Positions 1-11,134 of a stretch of 64,000 nucleotides of DNA are shown here, one piece after another; within the stretch, counting starts at the first letter, position 1, and every line of letters starts with the position of its first letter. The stretch spans positions 43,585 to 107,584 of the forward strand of contig URKJ01000008.1 of assembly GCA_900548385.1 (NCBI GenBank). Reading direction: 5' to 3'. Source of the DNA: an uncultured bacterium (GTDB lineage: Bacteria; Verrucomicrobiota; Lentisphaeria; Victivallales; UBA1829). A program made the position numbers and the translations under genes. The notes under the pieces are model-generated. The model was not told the DNA's origin, ran no database searches, and was given only the letters and a program-made list of their open reading frames with translations.

Positions 1-3000
1 AGTTGAGTCCCAGCTTGATTGTCCTCCATTTGGAGTCATCAGTCTCCGGAAGATGATATTTCTTTCGGATCCCCTGTTCCTCCGGGTCAACTGCAAATGC
101 TGCCGGTTGTTCGGTCAGCTCGCCGGCAGCTGTCTGAGGGGTGAGAGCCAGTTCGTCTGCGCCTTCCACTCCGGAATTCGTCAGCAGCGTTGAAAGAATG
201 CGTTTGACTTTGATGCGGGAGGCATATTCCTGAAACATTTCCGGAGAAAGAGTGAATGCGGCAATCGTTCCCTTGCCGGACTTTATGCTCCGGAATGCCC
301 GGTGGTCCGGGAACAGGGGCAGTTTCAGCGCGGGATTGAAATAGAAATCGGAATTGCCGACTCCCCGCAAAAGCGGCGAACGGTCAAACGCTGCTAGGCG
401 GCATTTCATCATTGACGGAACAGAAAGCCCGCAGGCGGAATACTGCGCGTCGGAAGCCCCGAACAGCAGAACCGTGCCGCCGCGTTCGGTAAACGCGCGC
501 AGATCGTCCGGCGGCAGATCCGAATCAGCAGAGACAAGTACCTCGGCTCTGTTCCAGGGAAGTTCGCTGAACCGGAATCCAAGTTGTTCCAATTCCTTCC
601 GCATCTTCGGTGATCCGGAAAATACGGCTTTTTTCGGTGGAATTTTTTCCGGAGCGGCAGCGTAGGCGACAAGGCGCTCTGCCAGCTGAGCAGCGATCGG
701 GTCGGAACCGTAGCGGGAATCCAGATCAAGCTGACAGAGAATCATCCGTCCTTTTCCGGAGAAATATTCGATGAGCGGAGTCCGGGAAAGATCGGCGTCA
801 CAGTCCAACAGTATCCGGAACCTTCCGCTGTACGGCTTATCCATGACAAACGTGGAAACGGTCCCCTCCTGTCCCCAGTGTATGAACCGGTTGTGATGTA
901 CTGCGGAGAGAGTTTCCGGATATGCCTCCGCGGTGTCGCTTTCTCCCCGCCAATGCAGCAGATCGGCGGGACGGATATTCCGCAGAACAGGATGTTGCGA
1001 ATCTTTCAGGAAAACGTGACGTGCGCGGCGTTCCTCCAGATATTCTTTCAAAAGAGTGTCCCTGTTCTGATTCATGACGAGCAGAGTCAAGCCCCTGTCA
1101 AGACGCTGCTTCAAATCCGGGAACATTTTCAAGAACCTTTCCGTGAAGGAATTGCAGCCGATCATCAAGACAGCCGTCTCTTTTTCGGAACCGTCGGCAA
1201 TTCGATGCCGGATCCCCATTTTTCTTAACAGTGCCGCTGTTTTTCCGGATTCATCGTACAACAGGATTTCCATTTGCTGCGGAAACGGCTGCTTGCGAGG
1301 AAAGGCTGTTACTGCAAAAACGTCACGGCAGACGTTCTTTCCGCTTTGTGCCACCAGTTCCAGGGAGAGGTCTGTCCGTTCTGTGACTTCAGGGATCGTC
1401 CAATGAAACGGGAGCCGGATGTTTTCTCCCTCGGCAACAACTCCTTTCCAGGAGGCGGAAAAAAGTACGCGTTTCCCATCCGAGATCCTGTAATTTGCCG
1501 CGACCGGGGCTGGAGACAGGCTGTGGTTGGAAAAAATAAATTGCTTGACGAGCTCCTGTCCGGAATAATAGTTATGTTCCTGTGAACTGAAACGTTCGGG
1601 ACGCCCGGCAATCCATGCGAGAAAAGGACTTTGAATCCGTTTCTGCTCGTCAAAAACTCTGTTCGTTTCGGTAAATCTTTCCGGGGTGCCAAAATCGTAT
1701 TTTATGCCGGGGGCGGTCACATCGGCATAGGAAAAATCACGTTTCCGGGCGCTTCCATGGGAATAGTAGAGTTGATGTCCCTGAAACGGCCAGACTCCCG
1801 GAATATCATAGAGTCTCCAGGCGAGACCGCATCGCCGGAGCCAATAGACATGAGCGGCTTCAGCGGCCGGATTCAGCGGAGCATACGAAGAAAGGTCCGT
1901 ATTTTTTTCCCGGTTTCCATTGGAAAGAGAATGCCAGTTGACATCGCTCATTTCCGGTCTGGCGGAGGTGTAGATCGGATCACCGAAATAACGCGCCGCA
2001 TGTTCGTAAAATAGCTGGCGCATGTCGGTCCAGCCGTTGAAACGGTTTTTTGAAGAACTGTGAAACGATGCAAAATTGAAGACAAACGGCAAAGCGACCT
2101 CCTCCAGAAGAAGCGGCTTTTTCCGCCGTTCCGCCCAGCGCATCGGCCAATCAGCCCATTCATCCGGCTGATTGCTGAAAGTCGGATACGGGTTGCAGGA
2201 GATGACAGCTCCGGTGTTTGCTCCCATGCTCTGAATTACGATGCGTGTCGGATCAAGACGACGGAGAAATGCCTCCTCGCGCAGGGATGCGAGCATGACA
2301 TCGCTCTGCCGTGGTTCCGCATCAATCGTATTCGGGTTGATCCAGTTCGGATTCCAGCAGAGCAGAGGATTAAGCATCCAGATTACCACCGACGGATGGT
2401 TGCGGAATTTTCGGACGATTCCGGAGATCGCTTCTTCCAGATCCTTCCGGGCGCCCGCATAGCGATTACTTAAATATGCCGCAAACGGGATGCCCTGATT
2501 TGGCACACCGGGCAGGTATTCACCGTTGCGGACCAATGGCGGCATGACATGCCGGATCGCCGCCAGCATTCCGAGCTCGTCGCAGAGCTCCAGCGTACGG
2601 GAGTCCAGCGATTCGTACAGGATTCCGTTGAAGTGAAGCCGTTTCAACGCAAGCAGAATGTTCCGGATATCCTCCATGGATTTCCCGTCGAACTGGAATT
2701 GCGAACTTAAAAATTTCAGATGGATTTTCTTGCCGTTCAGGACAAAATCGCTTCCCCGTATCTTCATTTCGCGGAACCCGAAGCGGGAGGAAAGTTCGTC
2801 CAGCGGTTTGCCGGAGGAATCATGCAGAGTCAAATGTAATCGGAATAATTTCGGGTTTTCCGGCGACCAGAATACCGCATTTTCCCAAATACCTGTCACA
2901 ACGACCCGGCGATTCTCTCCGGGACGCAAGCTCACGGTGGAGGCGGGCAGACGGAACAGGGTTTTGTTTCCGTCTGAAACCACTCCTTTCAAACTGAAAC

Positions 3001-3793
3001 TGCGGGTCTCCCCCGTTTTGTTGCAGAGTTCTGCCGAGGCCGTGAGTTTGCGATCCGATGTCGTCGTTGCAATATGGAGATCATCCAGGCGTATGTTTTG
3101 CGGCAGAACATTGACAAAGACATCTCCGGAAATACCGGGTCCGGGGTTCCAGTTGAACCACCAATCCGCTCCATCTCCCCGGCGGAATCCTGTATACTCC
3201 CTGTGCCGGGGATGTTCCGGTGCAAGCGGCAGGGATTTCAACGAAACGAACAGAGACAGATCGTTTTCTTTTCCGTAGATCAGCCACGGAGAGACCGGTA
3301 CATGGGCATTCATGATGAAATCGGTGACCTGGACTCCGTTGATAAACAGCCGAGCGGAGCGGCTGACGCCGGAAAACTCCAGAATGACATCTTTTCCCTT
3401 CCACGATTCCGGTACGGAGAAACTGCGCCGTATCCAACCCTGTGAATAGGCGGAACGGGTTCGTCCTGCAATTTTTCCGACTTTGTTCCGGGAAGCGTCA
3501 TACATGTAGAATGCACCGCGGGCATCCCAGCGTCCGGGGACTTTCAGATAGTTCCAAGTTCCGTTTTCTGGAGGATGAACCGGATACGGAGGCAATTTCC
3601 CTTTCGCGGCAATCACTTTTTCTTCAGCCGATTCCTCCACCGGCTGAAACTGCCAGTAATTGTTCAGGGAGATTCTCTCCCGCTCCGTGCCGGATTCCCG
3701 ATAGTGCCCGGCAAGATCCCAATTTACCCATGCGGCGGGACGGTATCCTGCAGGAGAGAGCTTTTCCTGTTCAGAAAGCCGGATTACTTTTTT
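1..3793 (-). CDS. GH2-like glycoside hydrolase, C-terminus cut by the window edge (>1260 aa), no canonical start codon
   Basis: My hand translation of the minus strand finds one frame open from 3793 to the window edge. The ORF track omits it because it has no stop inside the window, and none of the listed minus-strand ORFs is in this frame. It has GH2-type N-terminal motifs ERERISLNNYWQF and WKGKDVILEFSGVSRSARLFINGVQV, and a TIM-barrel-like stretch RNHPSVVIWMLN. The usual NE acid/base motif is not obvious there. There is no ATG, GTG or TTG upstream of the conserved ISLNNYWQF; the first candidate is GTG at 3640. Confidence 0.7.
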
Positions 3794-4415
3794 TTATGCG
3801 GTCCTCGGTTTTCGTCTGTTCCATCGGCATCGTATCTTTTTTGACGGGACCGGCAACGGGGTCTTTTTCCATTGCTATTTCGGCGACTTCCATGGAAAGC
3901 AGCTGCTTACCCGGTGTCGTTAAATTGGGCCCGATAGCCAGCTGGAGATTTTTGATTTTTCGCAGGTCCATGATATTCTGTTCCCCTTTTGCCGGAACAG
4001 GGGTAATCTGCACAAACTCTTTTGCAGGGAATACTTTTTTATGCCAGGAGTCGTCCAGAACCGAAATCTGGGCGGAATCCATCCAGCGCAGTCCGTTCCA
4101 GCACCAGCTTTTCCCTGCAGTATCTGTGCAGAGTATCACAAAACGCCCGTTGGAGCCATCGCCTTTCATCGTGACTGTCAACGTATTGCTGTTGTCCCCG
4201 GCAGGGACTCTGAGAGCGTTTGCGAAGATTTGCAGGGCTCCCCCCAAATCTGAATTACAGCCGCCAAACCTGATTTGCAGAGCCTCTTTTCCTTTGACAA
4301 CTTTCACATTCCCATAATAGTTGAAATGCTCGAACTTTCCCTTTCCGATGATTACATGTTCTGCGCACAGGCCGAGCATTCCACAGAAGAATGCGATAGA
4401 AAGCAGTTTTTTCAT
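3771..4415 (-). CDS. Secreted hypothetical protein; probably the detached N-terminal part (signal peptide plus beta-rich module) of the GH2-like ORF
   Basis: 214-aa ORF with a signal-peptide-like start MKKLLSIAFFCGMLGLCA. I can name no catalytic motif. Its last codons run through an A8 homopolymer (3788..3795), after which the +1 frame continues as the GH2-like ORF. Confidence 0.6.
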   Translation of the reverse strand: MKKLLSIAFFCGMLGLCAEHVIIGKGKFEHFNYYGNVKVVKGKEALQIRFGGCNSDLGGALQIFANALRVPAGDNSNTLTVTMKGDGSNGRFVILCTDTAGKSWCWNGLRWMDSAQISVLDDSWHKKVFPAKEFVQITPVPAKGEQNIMDLRKIKNLQLAIGPNLTTPGKQLLSMEVAEIAMEKDPVAGPVKKDTMPMEQTKTEDRIKKSNPAF

Positions 4416-4450
4416 GTTGAGATCCTTTCCGTTTTTTTATTTAGTCATGT

Positions 4451-5179
4451 TCAGTAGTTATACCAATAAAAGGGACTTTTCCCCCGTGCATCCCAGTTGC
4501 CGATGCCGAAAAATGGAGGCCGGAGAGTCGCGGCATGGCCGTCCCCGAAAGCAAAATTCATTCTCCGCTCATGCCTGAAATGCCATTGATAAACACCGGA
4601 AGCGGTATGATTTTCAAAATCACTGGCAGGCATGATATTCAGAATCGAAGTATTATAGTCGAATGTGTGAGTTATTCCTTCTGCCGTAATAAAAATCTTT
4701 GTCGGAAACTTCATTTTCCCCGCCTTGTAGACAAGCGGAGCCTCATTGGGATTTCCAAATACAAAATAATTTGCCGTATAGTTCGCCTGCGTATTGTTCG
4801 GGTTGAGACTGTTCGCGGGACAGACAAAAACTTTGGAGACAGGATTTGTCAGCCTGTCTTTGTAACACTGCGTCATACCGGGAACAAGGTAGGGAGTAAT
4901 CATATGAAGTCCCTGAAAACCTGTGTTATACCAACGCCCCGCATCTCCGGCAGCCTCTATACTCCAGTTGTGCACGGGCGCAACCAGCGGATAGAAGTCG
5001 TTATAATCGCCGAGATAACTTTGAAATGCGGTTGCAAGCTGTTTCAGGTTTGATGTGCATTGGATCAAATGGGCGGATGCCCTTGCTTTCTGCAGCGCCG
5101 GCAACAGGATGCTGATAAGGATCATGATAATTGTAACGACGACAAGGAGCTCTATGAGGGTAAAATAGTTTCTTCTCAT
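4451..5179 (-). CDS. Prepilin-type N-terminal cleavage/methylation domain protein with H-X9-DG motif (pseudopilin-like)
   Basis: N-terminus [29 protein letters not shown] is the class III signal/pilin motif. The C-terminal [12 protein letters not shown] matches H-X9-DG. Start chosen at the Met preceding the FTLIEL motif; the track ORF extends to 5245. Confidence 0.85.
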   Translation of the reverse strand: MRRNYFTLIELLVVVTIIMILISILLPALQKARASAHLIQCTSNLKQLATAFQSYLGDYNDFYPLVAPVHNWSIEAAGDAGRWYNTGFQGLHMITPYLVPGMTQCYKDRLTNPVSKVFVCPANSLNPNNTQANYTANYFVFGNPNEAPLVYKAGKMKFPTKIFITAEGITHTFDYNTSILNIMPASDFENHTASGVYQWHFRHERRMNFAFGDGHAATLRPPFFGIGNWDARGKSPFYWYNY

Positions 5180-5228
5180 AATATTCCTTTTCTGGTTATA
5201 TGCTCGGTGCATGACGTAACGGTTTTGC

Positions 5229-6263
5229 TTATGTTTTTTTCTCATAAAATTCCTTTCCTATTGTTATATGATTTATTTTGCGTCCATCTGAAGGATGAGC
5301 CGCGATAAATTCCTGACGGGTATAAAAACGGATATCCACTGTTTTGACAACCGGGCCCTGCGGATGCTCTGCAAGATCAATGATCGTATCGGTAAGGGTG
5401 CGGACGAATTTAGAAAAACGGTTATCAATGATTCCTGTGACATGCGGGTCGTCAATAAAGTCTTCCGGAAAATTGTAATTTGTTACGATTTTTGGATGAA
5501 GGACTGTGTTTTCCGTATAAACCTTTTCCAACAACCTCTTGACAGTCCAACAGGATGCAATATAGAGTCCTTCCGTTTTCCGGCATGCCTCCAATGCATA
5601 GCCGGACAAAGCCTCGTTGTCATCAGCCCGGCAAGTTATGTCCGGTACAGTTATCCGGATTTTTTCTTTCTGGGCTGCTTCCTGAAAGACAGAAAGGTTC
5701 TGCCGGTCGGAATCAATCAGGGTAATTTCCGTAATGCCGAGTGATTGAAAATGTGCCGCTATTTCATGGAAAATTGCTCTCATGTCCACCACAACCGAGC
5801 TGTAAGACGGATGTGTCCTCCGAAAAATGATCCCCGGTCGGTTGCCGATAATTCGAGCAAAATCGTCCGGATCATTGGCGATGTCTGCGGTAAGGATTAC
5901 GGCGTCTACTCCTCGGTCAAGAAGAAGCTGGAGAGCCTGTTTTTCTTTCCGGCAATCCCATTCGGTCAGCGCAAGAAGAATCTGATAGTTTTGCTGACTG
6001 CTATATTTCAAAACCTGTTCCGCTAAATGATGAAAAAACGGATCGCTCAACCCGCCAAGCACCATTCCAATCGTTTTGCTGCGTCCCTGTCGTAAAACCC
6101 GGGCGGCGTGCGAGGGGCGGTATCCAGTCTCGGCCACGAGCTGGTCGATCCGCTTCCGTTTTTCGTCGGTAAGCCTGGCCCGGCGATCATGATTCAGATA
6201 CATGGATACCAGAGCTTTGGAAACTCCGGCCTGTTCCGCGATATCTTTCAACGTGATCCTCAT
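5229..6263 (-). CDS. LacI-family transcriptional regulator
   Basis: N-terminal [54 protein letters not shown], followed by a periplasmic-binding-protein-like C-terminal domain. 344 aa. Confidence 0.9.
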   Translation of the reverse strand: MRITLKDIAEQAGVSKALVSMYLNHDRRARLTDEKRKRIDQLVAETGYRPSHAARVLRQGRSKTIGMVLGGLSDPFFHHLAEQVLKYSSQQNYQILLALTEWDCRKEKQALQLLLDRGVDAVILTADIANDPDDFARIIGNRPGIIFRRTHPSYSSVVVDMRAIFHEIAAHFQSLGITEITLIDSDRQNLSVFQEAAQKEKIRITVPDITCRADDNEALSGYALEACRKTEGLYIASCWTVKRLLEKVYTENTVLHPKIVTNYNFPEDFIDDPHVTGIIDNRFSKFVRTLTDTIIDLAEHPQGPVVKTVDIRFYTRQEFIAAHPSDGRKINHITIGKEFYEKKT

Positions 6264-6320
6264 CTACTGCAGCTCCACTGTGTTTTTGTTGCTAAATCGG
6301 TTCAGCTGATTTCTGTCATC

Positions 6321-6349
6321 AATATAATGTATGAAACTCTTTCTGTCAA
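6321..6349 (-). promoter_or_regulatory. Candidate sigma-70 promoter for the LacI/pseudopilin/GH cassette
   Basis: Minus strand reads TTGACA (6349..6344), 17 nt, TATATT (6326..6321). It lies about 58 nt upstream of the ATG at 6263. Confidence 0.45.
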
Positions 6350-6512
6350 GAGGAAAAATAAAAAATATTAAAGAAATATGGTTTTTGACGATTGTAAAAG
6401 TAAATGCAGAGAATATCAAGCAAGGCAAAAGCATTCAGTCTTACAAATTAGCGTTTACCTTGTAAGTTCACGACCTGTGGAACTGTATCACATCGGATAT
6501 CGTTAAGCGAAG

Positions 6513-6586
6513 TGGTATCCCCGCCAAGATTCGAACTTGAACTAAATGGATCAAAACCATTTGTGCTACCGTTACACCACAGGGAT
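6513..6586 (-). tRNA. tRNA-Gln (anticodon TTG), CCA encoded
   Basis: Hand-folded cloverleaf: ATCCCTG/CGGGGAT acceptor, GTGT/GCAC D stem, AATGG-TTTTGAT-CCATT anticodon arm, TCAAG-TTCGAAT-CTTGG T arm, discriminator A then CCA. 74 nt. Confidence 0.9.
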
Positions 6587-6861
6587 TTGCGGATCAGGCG
6601 TTTAATATAGCACCGTCTTTGCAAAAATCCAATCGTGTTTCAGGTTTTTTTTGTTCATTTTCAAATGACTGTTCCGGTTCTTTTTCTGTTGCAGTTCATT
6701 GCTGTTCGGCTATCGTAAAACCAGATAGAAATTTCATCTTTTATCAATTATTTATCATAAAATCTCATTTATTCCTTGACATTTCATGAAACGGAAGTAT
6801 TCTTATTTCCTTGGACTCAGTTGCTTTTTATGGAAAATAAACGATCTTGGAAAGGGATAAT

Positions 6862-9800
6862 ATGAAGTGTTTGCTTTGTGCCGCAGTGCTTGCCGTTGCG
6901 TGGGCGCTTGCCGCGGCTCCGTTCGGGGCTGATTGGAAACTGGCTCCGGAAACAACGGTTGCCGGCGATGTTATGGAAATCCGTCTGAACACCCGGCGCT
7001 CTGCCGGAAACCGGCTTATCCTTCCGGCGAAAACGTATGCGGGACAGCTCGTGCGCATTTCCGGAGAATTCTGCGGAGAAAAAATACTCAAAGGCGGCGA
7101 ATATGACGGCGGGAAAGTGATTTTTTCCTGGCTGCTGGATGGCAAGCGGCAGTATCTTGGAATCAGCGTTCCGACCGGATCGTTCGGATGGAAACCGTTT
7201 TCCCGCGAGGTCTATATTCCCGGCGGAGCTGACGATATTGTTCTGAATATCGGCTTTCAGAATTCGGCAGGAGTGTTCAAAGTCCGCAATTTCCGACTGG
7301 AGATTCTCGGTATGCCGCTTGATCTTGCGTCCAAAGCCAATATGGAGCTGACGGATCGCGTCGCAAACGACGGCAAGGGCGGGTGGTCCGATCAGGGACC
7401 GGAGAATGACGGACGGTCGTTTCAGCGTTATTTCCGGCAGAATTCCTTTGCGGGGATTCCGTTCCGGCTGATTCCGCGCGGACGTTCTGTTCTGACGATG
7501 AAATCCGAACATTTTCCGCAGGGGCCGGAGAGCGTGCGACTGGATCTTCCGGGCGGGGTTCCGGCAAAAAATCTTTATCTGCTTCATACGCTTTGCTGGG
7601 GGCCCGCTCCTCAAACGCCGGTCGGTTCGATCGAAATCCGGTATGCCGACGGCAAGGTGCAGGCGGTTCCGCTGCTTTGCGGCCGGGACGTGGCGGACTG
7701 GTGGAATCCGAACGTACTTTCCAATGCCAGACCCGTGTGTTACGGCTTTAGCAGCGGCGGTTCGGTTGCGCTCTATCTTTCCCGTTTTCCGCTGGAGCAT
7801 GCTGATCCGGTGTCCGTCACATTCCGTTCGGCGAACGGCGGCGCGGTATGGATCATCGCCGGAGTGACTCTGAGCGCACGGGATTTTGCTCTTCCCGAAT
7901 TCAAGCCGTATACCGCGGCTCCGGGCAGGGAATGGGCGGTTGTCAAACGGTTCCCGAAGAACCGGCGCAAAGCCGGTTCCGCGCTGGATGTCAGCGGATA
8001 TTTGCGGAAAGAAAAAGCGGGCGCATTCGGCAGGATCGTCGCCAGAAACGGACATTTTGAGTTTGAAAATGCGCCGGGCGCCAAGGTGCGGTTTTTTACT
8101 TGTGCAGTGGAATCGATGTTCCGTTCCAAGGAGGATGTGGACATCTTTGTGAAAGAACTGCGCAAGAACGGCTACAACATGGTCCGCACTCATTTCTGGG
8201 ACAGTATTCTATGCCGCAACGGCAAAAAGGAACTGGATTTCGATCGCGCGGGACTGGATATTTTTGATTACATGGTGTTTGCGATGAAAGAGAACGGGAT
8301 CTATCTGAATTTTGACTGTATGACCAGTTGGAACGGATATGCGCCCGGCAACATCTGGACCATGAAGGACCGTAATTTAAAGAAAAATTCCATCTATTTC
8401 GATCCCGCATCGCGTGAAAACTGGCGGAAAGGAGTGGAGATGCTCCTGGGACGCCGGAATCCTTACACGGGAACACGGTTGATTGAGGATCCCGTCCTTG
8501 CGCTGACGGTCGGATTCAACGAGCAGGAATTTGCGTTTATCCGGGAGTTCGACCGCGAACTCGTTGCTCCGGCATGGCGGAAATTTCTGCGGGAACGTTA
8601 CAAGACCATCGGAGCGCTGAAGCAGGCGTGGGGGAAAAAGGCTGCTGCATACCGGTCGTTTGAGGATGTTCCCTGTTTCTCTCCGCGCGAGAGTCTGCGG
8701 GACCGGGATGCGGTGCTGTTTCTCCGCAAGACGGAATCGGATATGTTTGACTGGTATTGTGCGCAGCTGCGGGAAATGGGCTATAAAGGTCCCGTGACGA
8801 ATTACAATATGGCCAAGAGTCTGCATTACAGCGTGGTGCGTTCCCCGATGGATTTTGTGGCGATAAACAGTTATCATGCGCATCCGAGCGCGGACCGCAA
8901 GGCGATGAATCAGTCGAGTTCTCTCACCCGTTTCGGCGGCGTGTTCCGGGATATTATTTCGACTCGTCTGGCGGGGAAGCCGTTCATCGTAACGGAACAC
9001 AACCATGTGTTCTGGAACCGCTACCGCTATGAACAGGGGCTTCTGATTGGCGCGTATGCCGCGTTTCAGGATATTGACGGGCTGACGGTTCATGCGGCGC
9101 CGTATTCGGTGTCGGATCCCGGAACGATCCGCGCGTTTAAACTCTGGAACGATCCGGTCAATATCGCTTCCGAATTCCTGACCTTTTTTGCGTTCGTCCG
9201 CGGAGATGTCAAACCGTCGCAGGGAGGCGTCCGCGTGATGATTGATGCGGATGAGATGTACCGGGCGGGGAGGGCGGATGCCGGACTTTCTCTCAACCAG
9301 ACGCGTCTGGCGCTGATGACCGGATTTTCCTCGGAATGTTCCGGCAAAACGCTTGCGCCGTCGGCTCCGCTTCTGCCCGGCGAGGTGCACGTCAAACAGA
9401 GCGGAGGATCAACGGTTACGACAAGCACGTCCGGATTTTCCGCAACCGCTGATCTGCCGCCCGCGGATGGAGCCGGAGCCGTAACGCTGCTGAAACGGAG
9501 GAATCTGCTTCCGTCCGGCAACCGGAGCAACGGAGAAACGCTGTTCGTGAGTTCGACCGGAGAATTGACGCTGGATGCTCCGCGCCGCTGGCTGTCGGTC
9601 AATACGCCGCGTCTGCAGGGGATTTGCTCGGATCCGGGACGGACGGCGGAACTTGCGGACTTCCGGATTCTGGCGATGAGTACGCCCGGCTGCCTCGCGG
9701 CGGTGTCTGTCGACGGAATGAAACCGCTCCGGGAAGCGGAGAGGATTGTGATCGTTTATTCCACCAATGCGCTGAACAACGGCATGAAATTCGTGTCTCC

Positions 9801-10038
9801 GGATATGACGCGCCTGATCCGGGACGGCGGAGCGGAAACCGTGCTGAAAACCGGACGGTTCACGGTGTCTCTGCGGAACCGGAATGCGGCGAAATTGCGC
9901 CTGTATCCGCTGGACCTTGCCGGAAACCGTCTGGCGATGATCGCTCCGGAAAAGACCGCTGACGGTACGGCGCAGTTCACGGTCGATACCGCGAAAGACG
10001 GTGCGAGCCTCTTTTTTGAAGTGGCGGCGGAGCGCTGA
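6862..10038 (+). CDS. Secreted multidomain glycoside hydrolase, clan GH-A-like TIM barrel (family not assignable by eye)
   Basis: Signal peptide MKCLLCAAVLAVAWALAAA. N-terminal beta-rich, CBM-like region. Candidate acid/base in GFNEQEFAF and nucleophile in FIVTEHNH, with TIM-barrel context FVKELRKNGYNMVRTHFWD. ATG at 6862 is preferred over the TTG at 6847. Confidence 0.7.
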   Translation: MKCLLCAAVLAVAWALAAAPFGADWKLAPETTVAGDVMEIRLNTRRSAGNRLILPAKTYAGQLVRISGEFCGEKILKGGEYDGGKVIFSWLLDGKRQYLGISVPTGSFGWKPFSREVYIPGGADDIVLNIGFQNSAGVFKVRNFRLEILGMPLDLASKANMELTDRVANDGKGGWSDQGPENDGRSFQRYFRQNSFAGIPFRLIPRGRSVLTMKSEHFPQGPESVRLDLPGGVPAKNLYLLHTLCWGPAPQTPVGSIEIRYADGKVQAVPLLCGRDVADWWNPNVLSNARPVCYGFSSGGSVALYLSRFPLEHADPVSVTFRSANGGAVWIIAGVTLSARDFALPEFKPYTAAPGREWAVVKRFPKNRRKAGSALDVSGYLRKEKAGAFGRIVARNGHFEFENAPGAKVRFFTCAVESMFRSKEDVDIFVKELRKNGYNMVRTHFWDSILCRNGKKELDFDRAGLDIFDYMVFAMKENGIYLNFDCMTSWNGYAPGNIWTMKDRNLKKNSIYFDPASRENWRKGVEMLLGRRNPYTGTRLIEDPVLALTVGFNEQEFAFIREFDRELVAPAWRKFLRERYKTIGALKQAWGKKAAAYRSFEDVPCFSPRESLRDRDAVLFLRKTESDMFDWYCAQLREMGYKGPVTNYNMAKSLHYSVVRSPMDFVAINSYHAHPSADRKAMNQSSSLTRFGGVFRDIISTRLAGKPFIVTEHNHVFWNRYRYEQGLLIGAYAAFQDIDGLTVHAAPYSVSDPGTIRAFKLWNDPVNIASEFLTFFAFVRGDVKPSQGGVRVMIDADEMYRAGRADAGLSLNQTRLALMTGFSSECSGKTLAPSAPLLPGEVHVKQSGGSTVTTSTSGFSATADLPPADGAGAVTLLKRRNLLPSGNRSNGETLFVSSTGELTLDAPRRWLSVNTPRLQGICSDPGRTAELADFRILAMSTPGCLAAVSVDGMKPLREAERIVIVYSTNALNNGMKFVSPDMTRLIRDGGAETVLKTGRFTVSLRNRNAAKLRLYPLDLAGNRLAMIAPEKTADGTAQFTVDTAKDGASLFFEVAAER

Positions 10039-10041
10039 GCA

Positions 10042-10998
10042 TCATTCCGTGCGGACGCTGTCGCGCACGATGAGCTTGTAGGGAATGGTGGTGCTGCGCG
10101 GCACGGGCTGATTGCTCAGCCGCGCATCCAGCGCATCGGCGACGGCATTTGCCAGAGCGCCGTAATCCTGTGTGATGGCCGTTTGCGGAGGAATGGCGTA
10201 ACGGGAGAAAACGGTCCGTTCGGAAGCGATCAGCGAGATGTCGTCCGGAACCCGGCGGTTGTAGAGAGAAAGCGCATACGCCGCCACCATTCCGGCATTT
10301 CCGCCCGGACAGAACAGGGCGTCGATTCCAAGTTTCAGCAGTTTGCCGATCGCCTCGATGTATTCGTCTTCCAGTGCAAACCGGATAAGAGCGGCTGTTG
10401 CGGGCAGACCGTACTTTTTCAGCGCTTTCCGTACCCCGTCGCAGCGGATTCCGGTATTGCCTTCCCCTTCGCGCCCGTAGATGATCGTGCCGACTTTCCG
10501 GCATCCGTTTTCCGCAAGATGAGCGATTGCGAGTTCCATTGCCTGCATTTCGTCGGAACGGACGGAATAGATTTCTTTTGCGGAACGGGGGGCGTCGCGG
10601 TCAATGACGATCAGCGGTGCGGCAAAGGAGTCGTCCCAGTTCCGGAAGAGCATCGCGTCGATGCCGATCCCGATTGCTCCGCAGAACTGGATTCGCGGAA
10701 GCTGTTCCAGATTTTCCTGCGGCAGAATCTCAATGCGGTAACCGCGCGCCGGGAGTTCATGAGTCAGCTCCGTCAGCACCATTTCCACATAGCTCTGGAC
10801 CGGATAGACGGATTTATAGGGGATGATCACGGCGATGTTGCGCATTTTAGTGGAAAGGCGCGGGTGATAGCCGTACTTTCCCGCGACGGCGAACACATGG
10901 CTCCGCACATCCTCGCGTACATTCGGGTGATGACTGAATACCCGCGACACGGTGGCGGTGGAGACTCCCGCTTTTCTGGCGATTTCCTGAAGTTTCAT
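10042..10998 (-). CDS. LacI-family transcriptional regulator
   Basis: MKLQEIARKAGVSTATVSRVFSHHPNVREDVRSHVFAVAGKYGYHPRLS HTH plus a sugar-binding-type C-terminal domain. 318 aa. Confidence 0.9.
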   Translation of the reverse strand: MKLQEIARKAGVSTATVSRVFSHHPNVREDVRSHVFAVAGKYGYHPRLSTKMRNIAVIIPYKSVYPVQSYVEMVLTELTHELPARGYRIEILPQENLEQLPRIQFCGAIGIGIDAMLFRNWDDSFAAPLIVIDRDAPRSAKEIYSVRSDEMQAMELAIAHLAENGCRKVGTIIYGREGEGNTGIRCDGVRKALKKYGLPATAALIRFALEDEYIEAIGKLLKLGIDALFCPGGNAGMVAAYALSLYNRRVPDDISLIASERTVFSRYAIPPQTAITQDYGALANAVADALDARLSNQPVPRSTTIPYKLIVRDSVRTE

Positions 10999-11134
10999 GT
11001 TGTATCCTGCCGGTTTTATGTTGTTGAGATTGATTCATTTACAATATAGATCGGGATTTTTGAAAAATCAATCTTCCGGAATTGAATTTTCCGTATTGTC
11101 ATGGTACAGTATTCCAAAAACAGCGGAGGTTGTC

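Noticed and set aside
2503-2518. TGGCAC hexamer, considered as a sigma-54 -24 element (also at about 1341 and 1684 on the minus strand)
   Set aside because: No TTGC follows at the required 5-nt spacing. The sites lie inside the GH2-like coding sequence.
354-4317. Many 60-290 aa ORFs on both strands listed in the track inside the first 4 kb
   Set aside because: One minus-strand frame is open across the whole 3.8 kb and carries GH2-type motifs. The listed ORFs are in other frames and have no recognisable features.
6817-8193. Minus-strand 458-aa ORF
   Set aside because: It is antisense to the signal-peptide-bearing 1058-aa glycosidase gene. It is Arg-rich, lacks motifs and overlaps the promoter region.
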